A model generated the notes under the pieces. That model was not told the DNA's origin. It was given only the letters and a program-made list of their open reading frames with translations, and searched no databases. A stretch of 64,000 nucleotides of DNA from Octopus vulgaris (Eukaryota), in the NCBI GenBank assembly GCA_951406725.2, contig OX597828.1, positions 9,920,001 through 9,984,000 of the forward strand, in the 5' to 3' direction. Below are positions 57,647 to 64,000 of the stretch, piece after piece. A program made the translations under genes and the position numbers. Position 1 is the stretch's first letter, and each line of letters opens with the position of its first letter.

Positions 57647-57729
57647 TTTATTTCAGATTCACACACGTTTGCTGTTCAATGCATGGAAAACATTATGTTT
57701 AGAGAAATAAGAGTATTTTCCAACATACT
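57174..57729. repeat. 83-bp inverted repeat pair (57174-57256 / 57647-57729)
   Basis: About 3 mismatches between arms. Confidence 0.92.
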
Positions 57730-58053
57730 ATTAAGTGACAGGTGGTGCCACCGTTCCTGTGCCTTTGTGATTATTTTCGTGCCAATAGGCTGCGACATTT
57801 ACCGGCTGTTATGCCTAGACTACGGACGTGTATTGCGCGCACTTGTCGGATTTTCGTTTTCTTCGAGATGACCGAACGCATTAAACTACACTCTCGGAGT
57901 GGTTGGCGTTAGGAAGGGCATCCAGCTGTAGAAACACTGTCAGATCAGACTGGAGCCTGGTGCAGCCTTCTGGCTTCCCAGATCCCCGGTCGAACCGTCC
58001 AACCCATGCTAGCATGGAAAGCGGACGTTAAATGATGATGATGATGATGATGA

Positions 58054-58104
<51 letters not shown>

Positions 58105-58349
58105 GATCTCGTTGTTCCTCACACATAGATACATGTGTACGATGTGCGTTCAAAAGTATCCGTCTCACATTTCCTCACGAAAACTAGTGCTTCATTGGCA
58201 AAATCTATTAAGTGAGAAGTGGTGCCACCCTTCCTGTGCCTTTGTGATTATTTTCGTGCCAATAGGCTGCGACATTTACCGGCTGTTATGCCTAGACTAC
58301 GGACGTGTATTGCGCGCACTTGTCGGATTTTCCGAGATGACCGAACGCA
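57728..58349 (+). repeat. ~145-bp direct duplication (57728-57880 / 58205-58349)
   Basis: Near-identical; both copies give the same ORF text SCAFVIIFVPIGCDIYRLLCLDYGRVLRALVGFS. Confidence 0.92.
57895..58057 (+). mobile_element. 3' tail of an RTE-related SINE/LINE ending in (GAT)n
   Basis: ggagtggttggcgttaggaagggcatccagctgtagaaac...ccaacccatgctagcatggaaagcggacgttaaa(tga)n; family assignment is from recall. Confidence 0.7.
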
Positions 58350-58860
58350 CCCGCGTCTCATCATCACTGATGATGGTCTTCATGAAATCTTGATCGTAGT
58401 TTGCACATTCCAACATGTTCCGATAAATTCCTGTGTGCTGGGTCTTCTGTTGCTCCGCTAGCACATTAGGTACGAATGCAAAAATTATCCTTTGAAATGG
58501 AATACATTGATCATGTGATTACTTCAAATTTGTGATCGATTTCCTGGAGTTTTTGACGACCGTCTTCTATGACTATTCGCCGAACATCATCAATCGGCTC
58601 CTCGTTTAGGTTTGTGGATGGCCCGTCTTAGCATGTCTCAATCTCCTTTGAGGTGCAACCATGTTTAAAGCAGTTGTACCTCTTCTTCATCCGAATTTTC
58701 CCCATGGCATCATTACCAAAGGCCTGCTGAGTCTTCTGGATGGCTTGAGTATCTTGAGTATAACAGATCTTTGGCAAAGCTTCATACAATAACTCTGCCC
58801 GATGGATCCGTTGAGCACGAAGATCTGACAAGTACGCACTACACTACAGTATTCTAGGAG
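58350..58860 (-). mobile_element. Second mariner transposase, N-terminal half, decayed
   Basis: QAFGNDAMGKIRMKKRYNCFKHGCTS..DGPST..NEE.IDDVRRIVIED (HTH) and DFMKTIISDDETRV (decayed IITGDETWV). Confidence 0.82.
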
Positions 58861-59137
58861 TAGCATCCGGAAAAAGACGTAACCTATTGCCACGAAAATT
58901 TTCACAACTGTGCGTCACCTACTAACCAGACTATTTTGCCAAGGGGGATTAGTTTTCTTATTTGGTGGGAGATCACCTTTTGAACCACGTTTTCTGAAGA
59001 ACCCTGAATGAAGGTACATAGAAGAAAATACATGCATACATACGTATATATACATACATACATATACATACACACACACACACACATATATATATATGTA
59101 TACATATATATATTATGAATGAATGTATATACATATA

Positions 59138-59464
59138 AAGACCCCCTTCGGTCATGAATGACCATGGGATTGCACCTAGAAAGTTACCCTCCTAGACACA
59201 AGTCCGGGCAAGGTTGTTTATGGAAGGCTAGCAGTCGCCCATGCATACCAGCCTCCCCTCTCCACGCCACCAGTGTTATCCAAGGGAAAGACAAAGGTCG
59301 ATACAGCTTGGCACCTGTGACGTCGCAACTCATTTCTACAGCTGAGTGAACCGGAGCAACGTGAAATAAAGTGCCTTGCTCGAGAACACAACACGCAGCC
59401 CGGTCCGGGATTCGAGCTCACAACCTCACGACCGTAAGCTCGACGCTCTAACCACTGAGCCATA
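59138..59464 (-). mobile_element. SINE family B, full length
   Basis: Reverse-complement colinear with 25577-25921. Confidence 0.9.
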
Positions 59465-59551
59465 CGTATATATATATATATATATAGTATATATGTGTGT
59501 GTTTGTATATATGTATATGTATATATATATGTTTGTGTGTGTGTGTGTGTG

Positions 59552-59621
<70 letters not shown>

Positions 59622-59976
59622 TATATATTTACGTGTACATACACACACGCACATATACCAACACACGCACAACTACAGGTAGATATCTGAATTTGTGGCT
59701 CAATGAAATGAAATATTTGTTCTTTAAGTTGCCATCTACGTTGTTGCACGTGAATATTTACAGTTAATTTGAAGCAAAATCAGCGTGAGACATTTTGCTC
59801 CGCATTGCACTGGTAACCCTGTGCTGAAGAACTCCAAATCTGTGGTGGAGTTAGTCGGTCGCCGAATTTCTGTGCTGGTTCAGTTTGTGAAACACACTGA
59901 CAATGTAGGTGTTCACACTAAAGTTTGAAAAAAATGGGCAACTGGCTCGTTTACGTAGCAGGTAGATCGAACCCAG

Positions 59977-60402
59977 GCGCCTTTTCAGTTTGAACGGCAG
60001 TTTTTTCTTGCGGTGTCATATGAAAATTTCACCCATAATTATAACCCTAGTATCGATCTATTGCATTTCAATCTGTTTTAGGGTTAGGGTTAGTTAGGGT
60101 TAGGGGTGGCGGGAAGGGTATCTTTTTTCTTCACAAATGTAAATAAAGCCAATCTGATTCTTAAACAAGAGACATATTCATACGTCACAGAATGTTTTCG
60201 CTTCCATAGACGGCCATTGATTGGTTGAAATTACCGAAATGCAAGAAATTAAAGACCAAATATCTTACAAACTATAGAATTTTCTCAATAAAGCCAAGAG
60301 AAAAAGATGTTTTATAAACACATTCTACCAGTATACGAAGTTTAACATTTTTTAGTTACCTAGAAATTATGTTAAAAACTGCCGTTCAAGCCGAAAAGAT
60401 CC
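59977..60402. mobile_element. Non-autonomous TIR element (MITE) with internal TTAGGG repeats and a 19-bp flanking duplication
   Basis: TIRs cttttcagtttgaacggcagttttt / aaaaactgccgttcaagccgaaaag; gcaggtagatcgaacccag at 59958-59976 and 60403-60421. Confidence 0.85.
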
Positions 60403-61471
60403 GCAGGTAGATCGAACCCAGAACTTGAAAGATTGCGAAGTGATATTCTCAGCTATTCAGTAATATATCCATACATGCATACATAAATGCATACATACAT
60501 ACATCAATAGATACACACTCATATGCCAGCGTGTGTATTTCATACATATATTTGCATATATGTATATACACATGTGTGTTTGTATGTATGAATGCGAGTG
60601 CATATACATTTGAACGTATGTGAGCAGACCTGAATACATATCTACACGAATGCATGCATGCATGTGTGTGTCTTTTCGTTTCAATGTTATTCTGCTGGTA
60701 TTTAGATAACTTCGAGATTATTTTTATTTACTTTCCTCGTAATTTGACGTAGGTTTCGCATTGTTTTATTTCCCTAGTTTTAATTCAATGTTTTAATAGT
60801 GGAGACTTTGTTATTCATGCCACCGTACAAGTGCTTTTTCATGTACCTGAATCTGTAGCGTCTCCGATCATTTATGTTTACATGTTTTTTATTTGTTTCT
60901 TTTATTGGGAGTCACTGAATTAGTTTAGTAATTTGCTATAAATGAGAGGATTTTTTACTGTGGTCCATTGGAGCTGCTAAATATTTATTTCGTAACGACC
61001 TTTTTTTTATTCATTGAATTTGGTACGCATGTAAAATCATGTTTATTCTAACATGTTGCACTTAAATTTTGGAAAATTCAGCGTGTAGGCAATCGCATTA
61101 GTAGATATATTTTCTTTCTTCTTCTTTTCACGATTATCCCTAAATTATTTAATCAGAGACTTTAGCACAACTTTTAACATACGTAAAAGATGTAAGTCTT
61201 CTGAATGGCTTTGTTAATGTATAAATTTATTACGAGGCAAAACTTTTGGAAAACGAAATAATAGAGAATACACCTGGTTTTACATTTTTTTTTCTCTTTT
61301 GAATTTAATTGAATTCACTGATGTTTTGTGAAATATTGTGTCAATCAAGTTCGATTCGGTTTCAATTTCGTTGCAGTTATTATTGCTAATAAATACTTTG
61401 AGTATCTATGTAGCTATTTTGACGGTTTAGTGACAAATGTTATATATGGGATACCTTCATTGTAATGCCTT

Positions 61472-61908
61472 TAGGCATAAGAGTAGATGTGTGGTACGTA
61501 GTTTGCTTACTAACCACATGGTTCCGGGTTCAGTCCGACTGCGTGGTACCTTAAGCAACTGTCTTCTACTATAGCTTCGGGCCGACCAAACCTTGTGAGC
61601 GGATTTGGTAGACGGAAACTGAAAGAAGCCCGTCGTATAAATGTATATATATATATATATGTGTGTGTGTATGTCTGTGTGTGTGTGTGTCTGTGTGTCT
61701 GTATGTATGATTGTGTGTCTGTGTTTGTCCGCCAAGCATTGCTTGAAAACTGATGCTGGAGTGTATACGTCACCGTAACTTAGCGACTCAGCAAAAGAGA
61801 CCAATAGAATAAGTACTAGGCTTACAAAGAATAAGTCTTGGGGTTCGATTTGCTCGACTAAAGGCGGTGCTCCAGCATGGTCACATCCAATGACTGTAAC
61901 AAATAGAG
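61472..61908 (+). mobile_element. SINE family A, full length
   Basis: Colinear with other family A copies. Confidence 0.88.
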
Positions 61909-61914
61909 TATATA

Positions 61915-61948
<34 letters not shown>

Positions 61949-61949
61949 T

Positions 61950-62011
<62 letters not shown>

Positions 62012-62411
62012 GATTGAGTAAATATATGGTCAAAGCGATTACTTCCACGGTCATCCAATCTTTTCTACAGACGTATGCTTGCATTATTATTGGGATTTAA
62101 ATCCGAGAAAATTTGGCCACTGTGTGTGAGTGTGTGTGTATGTGTGAATGTGAGTGTCTTTCGTGTATGTGTTTGTACACAAACTGGTAAAATATATTGG
62201 TTTCAAATTTTGACACAAGGCCAGCAATATAGGATTACTTCCATCTCAATGCTGAAATGTTACTTATTTTATCCACCAAAGAAGAATGAATCGTAATGTC
62301 GACCACGGTTGAAATTTGAACCCAGAACGTGAAGACATCCGAAATTCCATTCTTCATTGTAAATCATTTTTATATTAATTGAATCACATTTAAAGGTAAT
62401 TACAGCAGTAC

Positions 62412-62600
62412 TGTGGAGGTGCAATGACCCAGTGGTTAGGGCAGAGGACTCGCGGTCGTAAGAATGCGGTTTCGATTCCCAGACCGGGCATTGTGAGTGT
62501 TTATTGAGCAAAAACCCCTAAGCTCCACGACGCTCATGTGGCGGGGGAGGGGGTGAAACCCGCTGTACTCTTTCCCACATCTTTCTCTCACTGTTTCTAC
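62412..62600 (+). mobile_element. SINE family C, 5' part
   Basis: gtggaggtgcaatgacccagtggttagggcag...ggtttcgattcccagaccgggc matches the head of 34862-35271. Confidence 0.82.
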
Positions 62601-63102
62601 CTACATCTACCACAAAGCAGAGGAACCACGGTGTAGCACACTATGTTGTGGTAAACTTTCAGACCCTAGTCTAGATTTCGAATCATCTGTACCCCTTGAT
62701 GGTTCAGCTTTCCACCCGTTAAAAAATCTACCGTTTACGGAATGAGGATAACAACGTAGCTTTCGGGCCCGTGCAACCGCCAGTATATCGCGTGTGGTGG
62801 GTAGATCTTCAAGTTGCAACACGCATTCTTAGTAGCTTATAGTAAGCTCGAATTAGAGATTATTCTTTGTGGTTAATGGCGTGAGTCCTGATTGGAAGAA
62901 GAAGAAGACAACAATACTAACGTTAGAAAACTTGTAAAAGTTCTATTATAATGCGACTTTGATTTTCCTTTACATTTATTCAATTACTTTTTAAGAGTAG
63001 AACCAGTGATGAATTATATATTTGACTCTCCTTTTTCTATCTCGCTCCCTACTTGCTGTTCTGCTGCCAATTGTTTTCACAGTTATTTAAATAACACACA
63101 CT

Positions 63103-63580
63103 GCGGCGAGTTGGCAGAAACGTTAGCGCTCCGGCCGAAATGCTTAGCAGTAGTTCGTCTGCCGCTACTTTCTGAGTTCAAATTCCACCGAGGTCGACTT
63201 TGCCTTTCATCCTTTCGGGGTCGATTAAATAAGTACCAGTTACGCATTGTGGTGGATATAATCGACTTAATCCGTTTGTCTGTCCTTGTTTGTCCTCTCA
63301 GTGTTTAGCCCATTGTTGGTAGTAAAGAAATAGGTATTTTGTCTGTCAAAAAGGCGACGAGCTGTCAGAAACGTTAGCACGCCGGGCGAAATGCGTAGCC
63401 GTATTTCATCTGTCGTTAAGTTCCGAGTTCAAATTCCGCCGAGGTCGACTTTGCCTTTCACCCTTTCGAGGTCGATAAATTAAGTACCAGTTACGCACTT
63501 GGGTCGATATAATCGACTTAATCCCTTTGTCTTTCCTTGTTTGTGCCCTCTGTGTTTAGCCCCTTGTGGGTAGTAAAGAT
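63103..63580 (+). mobile_element. Two tandem copies of SINE family D (Nin-domain-like): 63103-63340 and 63352-63580
   Basis: Each has the A-box-like ctggcagaaacgtt, B box gagttcaaattcc and gactttgcctttcatcctttcggggtcgat..aagtaccag. The pair is flanked by atttaaataacacacact on both sides (63085-63102 and ~63587-63604), a probable TSD. Confidence 0.88.
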
Positions 63581-64000
63581 ATATATATTTAAATAACACA
63601 CACTAGATATCATTTTGAAGGACCGGATGTAGGTGTCATTAACTTTAATTTTATATTAGATTTGCTTTATTGGTGTCATTGCAACGCAGTCGTTTTCTTT
63701 AGTTGCAGTTGAGTCTGGGTGCAGGGTTCGCTTTGCTGCTTTTCCAGATGACATTTTACTAATGTGCCCTGGCCCTGTGCATAGTAAGTATGTTTTACTT
63801 ATAGATCTATACGAGATAACACCATTGATATTTATAACTAGTTCTTTCCATGATATTGTTGTGATTCAGTCTTGTTGTATTGTTGTAAAAGCCATTCCTT
63901 TCTCCCTCTTTGTTCATTGTCCAGCTTTTGTATAGTGTAAATGGGTTATAACAGCAATTTAGATCTTGCACTTAATTCTGAAAATTTGTTCCATAAGCAA

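Noticed and set aside
60078-60106. Interstitial telomere or chromosome fusion scar
   Set aside because: Only ~4 hexamers, and they lie inside a TIR element.

Overview
AT-rich, microsatellite-saturated eukaryotic DNA with no intact protein-coding gene. The SINE repertoire (tRNA-Arg/CORE-type, Nin-type and microsatellite-bearing families) points to an octopus genome; this assignment is inferred from recalled repeat families. Almost every long ORF in the track is a (TA)n/(CA)n/(AAT)n artefact. The recognisable content is decayed mobile DNA: a Penelope GIY-YIG remnant, RTE and CR1 LINEs, two mariner transposases, two mariner MITEs, MULE/FLYWCH and possible piggyBac fossils, and about 20 SINEs. 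Scattered minus-strand fragments read like a heavily decayed Ig/FN3 multidomain gene. The standout is a young, GC-richer array of 356-bp units at 50130-51590, arranged as two divergent arms. It holds three complete type I hammerhead ribozymes with a non-canonical U3-A8 core (UUGAUAA...GAAA, cleavage after GUC) and a palindromic stem III. This is the architecture of a non-LTR retrozyme, a locus predicted to yield self-cleaving circular RNA. Two further hammerhead-like motifs next to Penelope-style inverted repeats lie at about 1.6 kb (decayed) and 17.4 kb. All calls were made by eye; no folding or database search was run.
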